This document shows, piece by piece, positions 30,295 to 39,857 of a stretch of 64,000 nt of DNA. This stretch comes from an uncultured Methylomirabilota bacterium (lineage in GTDB: Bacteria > Methylomirabilota > Methylomirabilia > Methylomirabilales > 2-02-FULL-66-22): the NCBI GenBank assembly GCA_963845565.1, contig CAWJSJ010000002.1, positions 384,001 through 448,000 on the forward strand, read 5' to 3'. Numbering within the stretch: position 1 is the first letter of the stretch; every line of letters begins with the position of its first letter. The translations under genes and the position numbers were made by a program. A model generated the notes under the pieces. That model searched no databases and had not been told where the DNA came from. It saw only the letters and a list, made by a program, of their open reading frames with translations.

Positions 30295-32172
30295 ATGAAC
30301 TGCGCCCCTGGTGTATCGTCGCTCCAACCACCCCCCCCACAACGAGTCTCCCTCACCACACTTTGGGCGCTTCTCCGCCCCTACTGGTTCTCCGAGGAAC
30401 GCTGGGGGGCGCGGGGCCTGCTGGCCCTGGTCGTTGGCCTCAACCTCGCCGGCGTCTTCCTGTCGGTGCTGCTCGCGCTCTGGAATCGGCAGTTCTTTGA
30501 TGCGCTCCAAGGGAAGGACTATTCCGCATTCCTCGCCCTGCTGGTTCGGTTCGGCGGGCTGGCGGCTCTCTACATCCTGGCAGCGGTCTTCGCGCTCTAC
30601 CTCAACCAGCTGCTGCAGATTCGCTGGCGGCGCTGGCTCACCGGACAGTACTGCCGTGACTGGCTCACCGATCGGTCCTACTACCTGCTGCAGCTCGGCC
30701 AGTCGGGCGTCGAGAACCCGGAGCAGCGCATCCAGGACGACATCGGGATCGTCGCCAACCTCAGCCTGGATCTTTTGACCGGCCTGATCAACGCCGTCGC
30801 CACCCTCGGGTCGTTCCTGCTGATGCTGTGGACCCTGTCCGGAGCGCTCCGCCTGCACGTTGCGGGCTATGACCTGGCGATCCCCGGCTATATGGTGTGG
30901 GTGGCCATCCTGTATGCGGCCCTGGGGACGCTTGCCACCCACTTCGTCGGCCGATCGCTGATCGGGATCAACTTCGACCTGCAGCGCTACGACGCCGAGT
31001 TCCGCTTTCGCATGATCCGCATCCGTGAGAACGCCGAGAGCGTCGCGCTCTATGGCGGGGAATCGGATGAGCAGGAACACTTGAAGGCGTCGTTCGGCCA
31101 CATCTGGCGAACCTGGTGGCGCTTGATGAAGGCGCAGAAGCGGCTGACCTTCTTCACGGCCGGATACGGCCAGCTGGCGGTGATCTTCCCGATCCTCGTT
31201 GCAGCGCCGCGCTATTTCTCGGGCGCGATCTCCCTCGGCGGGCTGACGCAGACCTCTCTTGCCTTTGGGCGCGTCCAGTCGTCGCTGAGCTGGTTTGTCG
31301 ACGCGTACCCCCGTATCGCCCAGTGGACGGCGAGCGTCAACCGCCTGATCGGGTTCGGCGAGGCACTGGCCCGCGCCAAAGCGCTTCCGACCTCCGCGGC
31401 GGCGATCCGGATGCGCCCGTCCCCGGTTCCCGATCTGGTCGTCGACGGTCTGAATCTTCGCCTACCCGATGGTCGGAGCATCCTCGACGATGCATCCTTA
31501 CAGATAGACGCCGGGGATCGTGTGTTGGTCAGCGGCCCCTCGGGCTCCGGCAAGAGCACGCTGTTCCGGGCGCTCGCCGGAATCTGGCCGTACGGCGCCG
31601 GGACAGTGGCGTTCCCGGAAGGCCGGCGGGTGTTGTTTCTGCCGCAGCGGCCCTACCTGCCGATCGCTCCCTTGCGCGAGGCGCTCAGCTATCCGGATCG
31701 GCCGGAAGGGCACACCGACGCCGAGCTTCGGCAGGCGCTCATCGACTCCCGGTTGCCGCACCTGCTCGATCGTCTGGACGAGCAGGCCAATTGGTCGCTC
31801 GAACTGTCGGGCGGTGAACAGCAGCGGATCGGCTTCGCGCGGGTCTTCCTGTATCGGCCCGACTGGCTCTTCCTGGACGAGGCCACGTCGGCGCTGGACG
31901 AGGACACCGAGCAGGCGCTCTACGCGCTGGTCCGGAATCGGTTTCCCGGCATCACCCTGATCTCGATTGCCCACCGGGAGGCTGTGGCGAAATACCACCG
32001 GCGGCGGCTCACGCTCCGCCCCGAGACCCGGTCTATCGAGGACGACGCGTGCTGGCCGGTGGCGGCTGACGCCGCCACCGCGTTTCGCGAGGACGCCGAC
32101 GAGACACAGGGCCCGGCGCGCCGAGAGGATCATCCTGCCACAGTGCAGGATGGGCAACTCGTAAGCGCATGA
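30295..32172 (+). CDS. Fused ABC permease/ATPase, YddA/BclA (ABCD-like) family
   Basis: NPEQRIQDD, RIRENAESVA, GPSGSGKST, LSGGEQQR and FLDEATSALD motifs. Confidence 0.92.
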   Translation: MNCAPGVSSLQPPPPQRVSLTTLWALLRPYWFSEERWGARGLLALVVGLNLAGVFLSVLLALWNRQFFDALQGKDYSAFLALLVRFGGLAALYILAAVFALYLNQLLQIRWRRWLTGQYCRDWLTDRSYYLLQLGQSGVENPEQRIQDDIGIVANLSLDLLTGLINAVATLGSFLLMLWTLSGALRLHVAGYDLAIPGYMVWVAILYAALGTLATHFVGRSLIGINFDLQRYDAEFRFRMIRIRENAESVALYGGESDEQEHLKASFGHIWRTWWRLMKAQKRLTFFTAGYGQLAVIFPILVAAPRYFSGAISLGGLTQTSLAFGRVQSSLSWFVDAYPRIAQWTASVNRLIGFGEALARAKALPTSAAAIRMRPSPVPDLVVDGLNLRLPDGRSILDDASLQIDAGDRVLVSGPSGSGKSTLFRALAGIWPYGAGTVAFPEGRRVLFLPQRPYLPIAPLREALSYPDRPEGHTDAELRQALIDSRLPHLLDRLDEQANWSLELSGGEQQRIGFARVFLYRPDWLFLDEATSALDEDTEQALYALVRNRFPGITLISIAHREAVAKYHRRRLTLRPETRSIEDDACWPVAADAATAFREDADETQGPARREDHPATVQDGQLVSA

Positions 32173-32184
32173 GCCGGCATCACA

Positions 32185-32361
32185 CTATGGCGGGTTCTTC
32201 GTCTGGCACTCCTTGGCAGCCTCGATGTTGGTGAGCTCGACCTTATCCTTCCACAACGTCTGAACCCAGATGCCGTCGGTGTCGGCGCCGACGATGGTCC
32301 AAGCCTCCCCAGCCAGCAGGGCCAGTCCAAACATTAGGGCGGCGAGCCTGGGCCACCCCAT
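32185..32361 (-). CDS. Small putative secreted peptide (58 aa)
   Basis: AAGGGGA RBS; signal-like N-terminus MGWPRLAALMFGLALLAGEA. Confidence 0.4.
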   Translation of the reverse strand: MGWPRLAALMFGLALLAGEAWTIVGADTDGIWVQTLWKDKVELTNIEAAKECQTKNPP

Positions 32362-32904
32362 CGTCAATCCCCTTTTCGGTCGCTCCCGGGCCTTCGGCAA
32401 CCCGGGTTCACTGGGATTGCGCCGAAGGGCGACGCTGGCCGGCGGAATCCTGTGGGCCGACGCAGAATTCCGTCGGCCAGGACCAATCCGCCCACCACGA
32501 ACCCCACTGCCGAGAGGAGCATGACCAGGGTCATGACAACCGTGAGGACACTCACGGCGTGACGCCTTTCTCCTCAGCAGGGCCGGACGGCCAGAAGCCG
32601 GCCGTGCCCGACAGGGCCCCAATCCAGCCGCGATTGCACACCCTCCACAAGGGGCGCTGGAAGCGCAAGCGAAGGTCGCACTGCAGCTCGTGCGGAGCCG
32701 CGACGCGCAGGGGCGCGTGGGGGCGCCTGTCGGATCCGATGCCGGAGATCAGGAACCGATTCCAGGCCAAAAAGGCGCTCACGTGCGGAGTTGGTAGCGC
32801 AGGACGGGAGACCGAAGTGAGGAGGAGATCGTCCGACGGTAAGGGATCTGGGGAGGCATGACTTCACGGGATTCGAGGATGGCTTCCATCCGGGCTCTTC
32901 TGCA

Positions 32905-32946
32905 GTGCGGGGCCGCGTCGCGGTAACCGGCAACGCGACCCCGCAC
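32905..32946 (-). terminator. GC-rich hairpin downstream of htrA
   Basis: GTGCGGGGTCGCGTTGC...GCGACGCGGCCCCGCAC; no U-tract. Confidence 0.5.
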
Positions 32947-32960
32947 CCAGTCGGTGCCGC

Positions 32961-34460
32961 CTACTTCTGCTCCAGGGCGGCAAACAGGCTGGCCTCTCCG
33001 CGCTTGAGGAGCACGAGGAGGGATCCGCCCTCCGCCTTCTGCGCCAGGGCCTGCGCCTCGGTAACGGAGGTCACCTTGTGGCGGTTCACCTCGAGGATGA
33101 CATCACCCGCCCGAAGGCCGGCCCGTTCGGCCGGGCTGTCGGGCTTCACGCCTGCCACCAGCACGCCTTCACCGGCGGCCACGCCGGCTCGCTGCGCCGT
33201 CCGGGCGTCCAGGTCGCGGAGCGCCAGGCCCCACTTGCCCTGGGCCGGCTCTGCCTGGCTGCCCTTCTCGGTCTCGGCGCGCTCCCCCGGCATCCGCCCG
33301 ACCTTCACGGACAGGGTCTGGTCGGAGCCATTGCGCACGATTTTCACGGGGACCGACTTGTCAACCGGCGTCTCCGCCACGAGGGCCGGCAGGTTCCCCA
33401 CCTCCGTCACGCCCTTACCGTCGAAACTCACGATCACGTCGCCGCGCTTGATGCCGGCCGCCTCAGCCGGGCCGCCCTTGGTCACGTCCGCCACCAGGGC
33501 ACCCTTGGCCTCCTTGAGGTTCAAGCTCTTCGTCAGCTCCGGGGTGAGGGGCTGGATGTTCACACCCAGATAGCCGCGAGTCACCGCACCCTTGCTCTCC
33601 AGTTGGGGCAGGATCGCCTTGACCATGTTCACGGCCACTGCGAAGCCGATCCCCTGGCCGTTGGGGATGATGGCCGTGTTGATCCCGACCACCTCGCCCT
33701 TCAGGTTGAAGAGCGGCCCGCCCGAGTTACCAGGATTGATCGGGGCGTCCGTCTGGATGAAATCGTCATACGGCCCAGCGCCGATGACCCGATTCTTGGC
33801 GCTGACGATTCCGGCCGTGACCGTATTGCTCAGGCCGAACGGGTTTCCCACCGCCATGACCCCCTCACCGACCCGCAGCCGCTCCGAGTCGCCCAGGCTG
33901 GCCACGGTGAGGGTCTCTTTGGGCTCGATCTTGACCAGGGCGATGTCCGTTTTGGGATCCCGCCCGATGACCTTGGCCGAATACTCCTTCTTGTTGGCGA
34001 GGGTCACTGTGACCTCTGTGGCGCCCTCGACCACGTGGTTGTTGGTCACGACGTGCCCGTCTTTGCTGATGATGAAGCCGCTCCCCGCCCCCTGCTGTCG
34101 ATGCTCCCGGGGCGCCTGCGGCATCTGCCCCTCGAAGAACTTGTCCATGAAGTCACCGAAGGGAGAATTCTGTCCAGGCTCTTCTGGTCTCATGAAGTTT
34201 CGACCGCCGGTTCGTTCCACCTTGGTGACCTTGATGTTCACGACACTGTTCCCTACCTGTTCCACCAGATCCGCGAGATCAGACGAAGCCGCGGCCCGCG
34301 CCGCGACCGCAGGCGCGACCGCGCTGCCGATCGCCCCGGCAGGGGTCAGTTTTCCACCGGCCAACCCCGCGCCTAACCCGCTCCCCACCAGGAGCGCGGC
34401 TGCCACAACGATCATGACGCCCTTCCGGGCCATTGCCCATTGCTTGCCCATCTGCCACAT
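32961..34460 (-). CDS. htrA: DegP/HtrA (Do family) serine protease with two PDZ domains
   Basis: GSGFII, TNNHVV, DIAL and QTDAPINPGNSGGPL motifs; GGAGG RBS. Confidence 0.95.
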   Translation of the reverse strand: MWQMGKQWAMARKGVMIVVAAALLVGSGLGAGLAGGKLTPAGAIGSAVAPAVAARAAASSDLADLVEQVGNSVVNIKVTKVERTGGRNFMRPEEPGQNSPFGDFMDKFFEGQMPQAPREHRQQGAGSGFIISKDGHVVTNNHVVEGATEVTVTLANKKEYSAKVIGRDPKTDIALVKIEPKETLTVASLGDSERLRVGEGVMAVGNPFGLSNTVTAGIVSAKNRVIGAGPYDDFIQTDAPINPGNSGGPLFNLKGEVVGINTAIIPNGQGIGFAVAVNMVKAILPQLESKGAVTRGYLGVNIQPLTPELTKSLNLKEAKGALVADVTKGGPAEAAGIKRGDVIVSFDGKGVTEVGNLPALVAETPVDKSVPVKIVRNGSDQTLSVKVGRMPGERAETEKGSQAEPAQGKWGLALRDLDARTAQRAGVAAGEGVLVAGVKPDSPAERAGLRAGDVILEVNRHKVTSVTEAQALAQKAEGGSLLVLLKRGEASLFAALEQK

Positions 34461-34530
34461 TGTGTATCCTCCTTTGGCCAGGTGAGTGCTGCCGGGGACA
34501 ACCCCCAGCGTCGCCTCGGAGGATAGCGCG

Positions 34531-34574
34531 GATGTATGTGACGGGGATGAACGCAGAATGAGAATTGCTTAACC
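34531..34574 (-). promoter_or_regulatory. TCAT repeat motif upstream of htrA, similar to 29393-29436
   Basis: Minus strand ATTCTCAT-tctgc-GTTCAT-CCCCGTCACA-TACATC. Confidence 0.45.
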
Positions 34575-34627
34575 CGGACAGATCGCGTGGCAACCAATAG
34601 GCCAGCCGCGCTGCGCTCAGGAACTGG

Positions 34628-34715
34628 AGCTGTTGTCGCCCCTCTTCTGCCCGGGCCCCTGCGGATCTCCCCCTTTGCGCCTTCGTTCGCCCTGCCTCGA
34701 TTCGCAGCGGCGCTC
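34628..34715 (+). repeat. Direct repeat family 3, copy A
   Basis: AGCTGTTGTCGCCCCTC...CCCTTTGCGCCTTCGTTCGCCCTGCCTCGATTCGCAGCGGCGCTC. Confidence 0.9.
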
Positions 34716-34847
34716 TCTTCTTTCCCGTTGGCAGCCGTGTCTGGGGTGTCGGATACTCCCCCGCATCCCGCGGGTGCGGGGCGGCCGGCGCCCCGATCAT
34801 CGCGCGGACCCCGAAAAGCAAAGTCCTATCACTCATTCTCCTGGTGG

Positions 34848-35645
34848 TCACGCCACCAAGCCCACGCGGCGCAAGAACGCCGCGTCTTTCTCCATGCCGG
34901 GCGCCATTTCGTCCGGAAGGTTGTGCGGCTCAAGGGAGATCGGCCCCGCATACCCGTCCTGCCGAAGCCGATCCGCGAGACCCGTCCAGTTCACCGCCCC
35001 GGTCCCTAACGGCACGCAGATTACGTTTCCCCCTGCTCGATGGAGGACCCGCTTCTGGTCCCCGTGCACTTGCGGGAGGTACCGGGCGGAGTCCTTCGCA
35101 TGCATGTGGAAGATGTGCGCTTTCACGAGCTCGTAGGCATAGGGAAACCCCTCAACCCCCGCGTTGTAGTAGTTGTCGGGGTCGTAGTTGACGCCGAGCC
35201 GGGGATGATCTACCGCCCGGACGATAGCCAGGAGATCCTCAGGCTGCCTGGTCATGCGAATAACTTGGTTCTCCATCGCGATCCGGATGTGTGCATAATC
35301 GGACTGCTCCAAGAGTTCGCACACCATGCGCCGGAAGGCCTCCAGGCTGCCCGCGCGGCTCATGTCTGCCCGCTCCACCGCGTCATCGAACACAACAACG
35401 ATCGGAGACTCGATCATCTGGGCGACCTTCATGGCTGCGGCGAGCTCCGAGGTGGCACAGTTGACGTGGATACCCAGGCCGCGCTCCACGAGTTCGCGGC
35501 GAACTCGCTCGTTTCCATCCCGCGCGATCCGCGACACGGCCAACTCCACGAATCGAGCTTTCAGCGCCGCCGCGAGCTCGCAGATCTTCTCCACCGGCCA
35601 GTGCGGGTATTCCCCTCCATTGATACCGAGCGGACTGAGCGCCAT
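34848..35645 (-). CDS. Sugar phosphate isomerase/epimerase
   Basis: IAMEN, YDPDN, HMHAKD, PLGTGAVNW and ISLEPH motifs. Confidence 0.85.
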   Translation of the reverse strand: MALSPLGINGGEYPHWPVEKICELAAALKARFVELAVSRIARDGNERVRRELVERGLGIHVNCATSELAAAMKVAQMIESPIVVVFDDAVERADMSRAGSLEAFRRMVCELLEQSDYAHIRIAMENQVIRMTRQPEDLLAIVRAVDHPRLGVNYDPDNYYNAGVEGFPYAYELVKAHIFHMHAKDSARYLPQVHGDQKRVLHRAGGNVICVPLGTGAVNWTGLADRLRQDGYAGPISLEPHNLPDEMAPGMEKDAAFLRRVGLVA

Positions 35646-35895
35646 GTGCGTCTCCTTTTTCCAGGCATGGAGTTCAAGGGCCTCAGGAGTCTACCATCCC
35701 ACCTGCTCGTTGACCGTCGCCCCACGAGGGCGCTCCACCGACAACGACATCATCCCGCGCGTGCGTGCTGGCCCTCCCACCTCGGCGGTGCGTCCCAATT
35801 CGGGGTTCAGAAGATTCGGCAGGCATCTCCGAGACTCTGGAATCCGAAGAGGCATGGGGCCTCATGAGAGCTCCCCTTCCGGGGCAGACCAAGGC

Positions 35896-36864
35896 CTAGC
35901 CATTCTTCGTGTACAGATGGCAGGCAACCCAATGGTCCGGTTCGATCTCGACGAGGTCCGGGTCGACCTGACCGCAGATCTCCATGGCCTGTGGACAGCG
36001 CATCTGGAAACGGCAGCGCGGCGGCGGGTCCAGGGGGCTGGGCACGTCGCCAACGAGCGCGGGAGGCCGTGGCGGGGCATCGGGGTCAGCCACTGGGGCC
36101 GACGCGAGCAAGCCTTGAGTGTACGGGTGGAGCGGACTCGCGTAGAGCGCGCCACTCGGCGCCACCTCCATGATCCGCCCCAGGTACATCACCGCGACCC
36201 GTGTGCTGAAGTGTTCGACCACGGCGAGGTTGTGGGCAATGAACAGGTACGTCAACCCGAGAGATCCGCTGAGGTCCGCCATCAGGTTCAGGATCTGCGC
36301 CTGGATCGACACGTCCAGCGAGGACACCGGCTCGTCGGCGATGATGAAATCGGGGTTGAGGGCCAATGCGCGAGCAATGGCCACTCGCTGGGCCTGTCCG
36401 CCTGAGAGCTGATGGGGATAGCGTCGCGCATGATCGAGGTCCAACCCCACCAAACGGAGAAGCTCGGCGACGCGCTCCCTCCGCTCGGCCTTGGAGCCGA
36501 CGCCGTGAATATCCAGTGGGTCACGGATGGCCTGGCCAATGGCAACTCGTGGGTCAAGCGAGCCATGCGGGTTCTGGAAGATGATCTGCATGCGGCGGCG
36601 AAGACGCCGCATGGCGTCTCCGGGCAATGCTGTGAGATCCTGTCCATCGAAAAGAACGCGCCCCGAGGTCGGTTTCTCCAGGTGAAGGATCGCGCGGCCC
36701 AGGGTGGATTTGCCACACCCGCTCTCCCCGACCAGGGCGAGGATCTCATTGCGGCGGATCGTCAGGCTGACCCGATCAACCGCGTGGAGGACGGCGCGTC
36801 GGCCCGTCGGCCCGCGAACGGAGAAGAACTTGCACAGATCCTCCGCCGCGACCAGATCTGTCAC
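35896..36864 (-). CDS. Peptide ABC transporter ATPase (OppF/DppF-like)
   Basis: GESGCGKST, YPHQLSGGQ, DEPVSSLD, HPYT and VACH motifs. Confidence 0.92.
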   Translation of the reverse strand: MTDLVAAEDLCKFFSVRGPTGRRAVLHAVDRVSLTIRRNEILALVGESGCGKSTLGRAILHLEKPTSGRVLFDGQDLTALPGDAMRRLRRRMQIIFQNPHGSLDPRVAIGQAIRDPLDIHGVGSKAERRERVAELLRLVGLDLDHARRYPHQLSGGQAQRVAIARALALNPDFIIADEPVSSLDVSIQAQILNLMADLSGSLGLTYLFIAHNLAVVEHFSTRVAVMYLGRIMEVAPSGALYASPLHPYTQGLLASAPVADPDAPPRPPALVGDVPSPLDPPPRCRFQMRCPQAMEICGQVDPDLVEIEPDHWVACHLYTKNG

Positions 36865-37840
36865 GGTTCCTCCGCCAGGGGGAAATGGCACCGTACCTGG
36901 CGCCCGCCGCCTGCAGACACGAGAAGCGGCTCCTCGGCGCCGCAGCGTGTCTCGGCTCGCGGACACCGAGGTGCAAAGCGGCAGCCCACGGGGAGAGCGC
37001 GGAGGTCCGGGGGTTGACCAGGGATCTGTTCCAGCCTGTCCCGTTTGTGACCGAGGCGCGGCATCGAGTTCAGTAGTCCCGCGGTGTAGGGGTGGCGCGG
37101 TGCCCGGAACAGGTCTCGCGTCCCACTCGATTCCATCACCTGACCGGCGTACATCACGACGACGCGATCGCACATCTGCGCCGTGATGGCCAGATCGTGG
37201 GTGATAAGAATGATGGCCGTTTTCAGTTCCTGGCGGATGGTTCGGAGCAGATCCAGGATCTGCGCTTGCACGCTCACGTCGAGGGCCGTGGTGGGCTCGT
37301 CGGCGATCAGCAACGAAGGTTGACCGGCCAACCCCATGCCGATCATGACTCGCTGGGCCATGCCACCGCTGAATTGGTGGGGATAGGCGCGGATCTGGGA
37401 CTTCGGGCTGGGATCCTCACCCGTTCCAGAACCTCTACGCTGGCAGTCGTGACATTGCCTGTCCGAAGATGAGGATGCGCCCGAAACACCTCAGCGATGT
37501 GGTTCCCCACGGTGAACACGGGATCGAGGGCCGTCATGGGATTCTGGAAGATCATCGCCATCTCGCTTCCCCGCAGAGCCCGGATCTCGCGGTCGGACAT
37601 GGACAGGATGTCTCGTCCCTTGAACAGAATCCGGCCGGCGGCGATGCGACCGGGCGGTCGGACCAGTCGCATCAGCGCGAGGGTGGTGACCGACTTGCCG
37701 CAGCCGCTCTCGCCAACCAGCCCTACGATCTCGCCGCGGGAGACGGTGAAAGAGACACCGTCGGCCGCGCGGACCGCCCCCTGGAGCGTCGGAAACTCAA
37801 CGCGGAGATCGGAGACGTCCAAGAGGATGTCCTCGCGCAT
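36861..37840 (-). CDS. Peptide ABC transporter ATPase (OppD/DppD-like), frameshift near 37400
   Basis: GESGCGKS in 37343..37840; DEPTTALD and GCRFAPRC in 36861..37361. Confidence 0.85.
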
Positions 37841-37844
37841 CCTT

Positions 37845-38756
37845 CTATACCTTCAGGCGCGGATCTAATACATCGCGCAGCCAGTCAGCCACCACGTTGA
37901 TGCTCAACACCGTGAGCGTGATTGCCACTCCGGGAAACGTGACCACCCACCAGGCGCCGCCGAGAAGATAGGTGCGTCCGTCCGCCAGCATGACGCCCCA
38001 ACTGACAGTGGGAGGCTGGATTCCCAGCCCGAGGAACGACAGCGACGATTCCAGCGTGATAATGCCGGCCAGTTCGAGGGAACCTACCACAATCACGGCA
38101 CTCAGAAGATTCGGCAGGACGTGCTGCAGGATGATGCGCCAGTCGCGAGCGCCCATGGCTCGATAGGCCTGGATGAACTCTCGCTCGCGTAGGGAGAGGG
38201 TTTGGCCTCTCGCCAGCCGGGCATACACCACCCATCCGTAGAGTGCCAGGACGAGCACGACGTTTTGGGTGCTGGTCCCAATGACCACGATGATCGCAAT
38301 CGCAAGCAGGACGTACGGGATCGACAGTTGGACATCCGCGATCCGCATGATCCAGTCGTCCACTCGCCCACCGTAGTAGCCGGCCAGGAGCCCGATGGTC
38401 ACCCCGATGGTCCCGGAGATGACGAGCGCGCTGAGGGCGACGATAAGAGAGATTCGTGCGCCGTAGATAACCCTCGAAAGGATGTCCCGCCCCAGTTGAT
38501 CCGTGCCGAGCGGATGCGACCCGTTGCCCCCCAGCATCCATCCGGGAGGCTTGAGGCGCAAAGTGATTTCTTGGTCGTTGGGCTTATGCGGGGCCAGGTA
38601 CGACGGAAACAGGGCACAGATCACGATCATGGCCAGGATCAGGAACGCCAGCAGCACGAGCACATCCCCACTCTGGACGCGCGATAATCGGTGGCCGGTC
38701 ACCGCTCTCACCGCCGCACCGGGCGCCGTGGGGTTGGGCGTTCGCGGTCCGCTCAT
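37845..38756 (-). CDS. Peptide ABC permease (DppC-like)
   Basis: HPLGTDQLGRD, HVLPN and LSFLGLG motifs. Confidence 0.93.
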   Translation of the reverse strand: MSGPRTPNPTAPGAAVRAVTGHRLSRVQSGDVLVLLAFLILAMIVICALFPSYLAPHKPNDQEITLRLKPPGWMLGGNGSHPLGTDQLGRDILSRVIYGARISLIVALSALVISGTIGVTIGLLAGYYGGRVDDWIMRIADVQLSIPYVLLAIAIIVVIGTSTQNVVLVLALYGWVVYARLARGQTLSLREREFIQAYRAMGARDWRIILQHVLPNLLSAVIVVGSLELAGIITLESSLSFLGLGIQPPTVSWGVMLADGRTYLLGGAWWVVTFPGVAITLTVLSINVVADWLRDVLDPRLKV

Positions 38757-39673
38757 GAGTAGCGAATCCTGGGATCGAGAAAGCCGTACAGTAGGTCCAC
38801 CACGAGGTTGAGGGCAATGAACATCCCAGAGGCCAGAACGACGGCGGCCTGGACCACGGGGAAATCCCGCTCGTGGATCGCCATGACGGTGTAGTGACCG
38901 ATTCCCGGCCAGCCGAAGATCGTCTCGGTGATCACCGCGCCGCCCAGCATATAGCCGAACTGCAAGGCCGCAATGGTGACGACCGGGAGCGATGCGTTCT
39001 TGAGGGCGTGCTTGCCCACGACGAGGGCCTCCCAGAGTCCGCGGGCCCTCGCCGCCAGAATGTAGTCCTGGTTCAGCACGTCCACCAGGCTGGAACGCAC
39101 CAGACGGGTGATGCGCGCCAAGGGGTAGAGGGCCAGGGTGGCGGCTGGGAGGATCAGGTGCTGGATCCCGCCAGCCCCGCCGGCCGGCAGCCAGCGGAGA
39201 CCGACCGCGAAGACGAGGATCATGAGAAGGCCCACCCAGAAGATGGGCATCGATTGGCCGACCATGGTGAGCAGCATGAGCATTCGGTCCAGCAGCGACC
39301 CCCTGAACGTCGCCGACACCAAGCCCAGCGGCAGCGACAACGTCAACGCGATGACCAGGGACAGGAGCGCCAGCTGAACGGTGAATCCGACGCGCCGAAG
39401 CACAAGTCGCATGGCGGGCTCGCCGGACCGCAGAGATTTTCCCAGGTCGCCGCGCACCGCTCCCGCGAGGAAACGCGCGTACTGGATCGGCACAGGCTGA
39501 TCGAATCCGAGCTCGTGTCGTAACTGTTCGAGCTCGGTCTGGGCGGCGGGCGTGCCAGCCAGCAGCACCGCGACGGGATCACCGGTCAGATAGAGCAGAC
39601 CGAATACCACCGTGGCCACCGCCCAGTAGGTAATCGCGGCGAGAACAAGACGCCGCCGGAGGTATCGCCACAT
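38753..39673 (-). CDS. Peptide ABC permease (DppB-like)
   Basis: GDLGKS, ARARGL, HALKNA, GAVITETIFGWPG and LDPRI motifs. Confidence 0.93.
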   Translation of the reverse strand: MWRYLRRRLVLAAITYWAVATVVFGLLYLTGDPVAVLLAGTPAAQTELEQLRHELGFDQPVPIQYARFLAGAVRGDLGKSLRSGEPAMRLVLRRVGFTVQLALLSLVIALTLSLPLGLVSATFRGSLLDRMLMLLTMVGQSMPIFWVGLLMILVFAVGLRWLPAGGAGGIQHLILPAATLALYPLARITRLVRSSLVDVLNQDYILAARARGLWEALVVGKHALKNASLPVVTIAALQFGYMLGGAVITETIFGWPGIGHYTVMAIHERDFPVVQAAVVLASGMFIALNLVVDLLYGFLDPRIRYS

Positions 39674-39764
39674 GGAATGCCTTCCTGCTACGGCCAAACC
39701 GCGTTACAAATCGGCGACGCGCTCTTGCCCTTCGGCATTCAGCGGGGTTCCCGCCGCGGCGACA

Positions 39765-39803
39765 CAGGCGAGCCCTCCGGAGATGTCACAGAGGGCTCGC
39801 CTG
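39765..39803 (-). terminator. Intergenic hairpin after the substrate-binding protein gene
   Basis: CAGGCGAGCCCTC / GAGGGCTCGCCTG, perfect 13-bp stem. Confidence 0.55.
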
Positions 39804-39857
39804 GCCTAACGCGGAAACACTCACGCCAGAGAGATCGCCTCACCGGCGGCCTGCACC

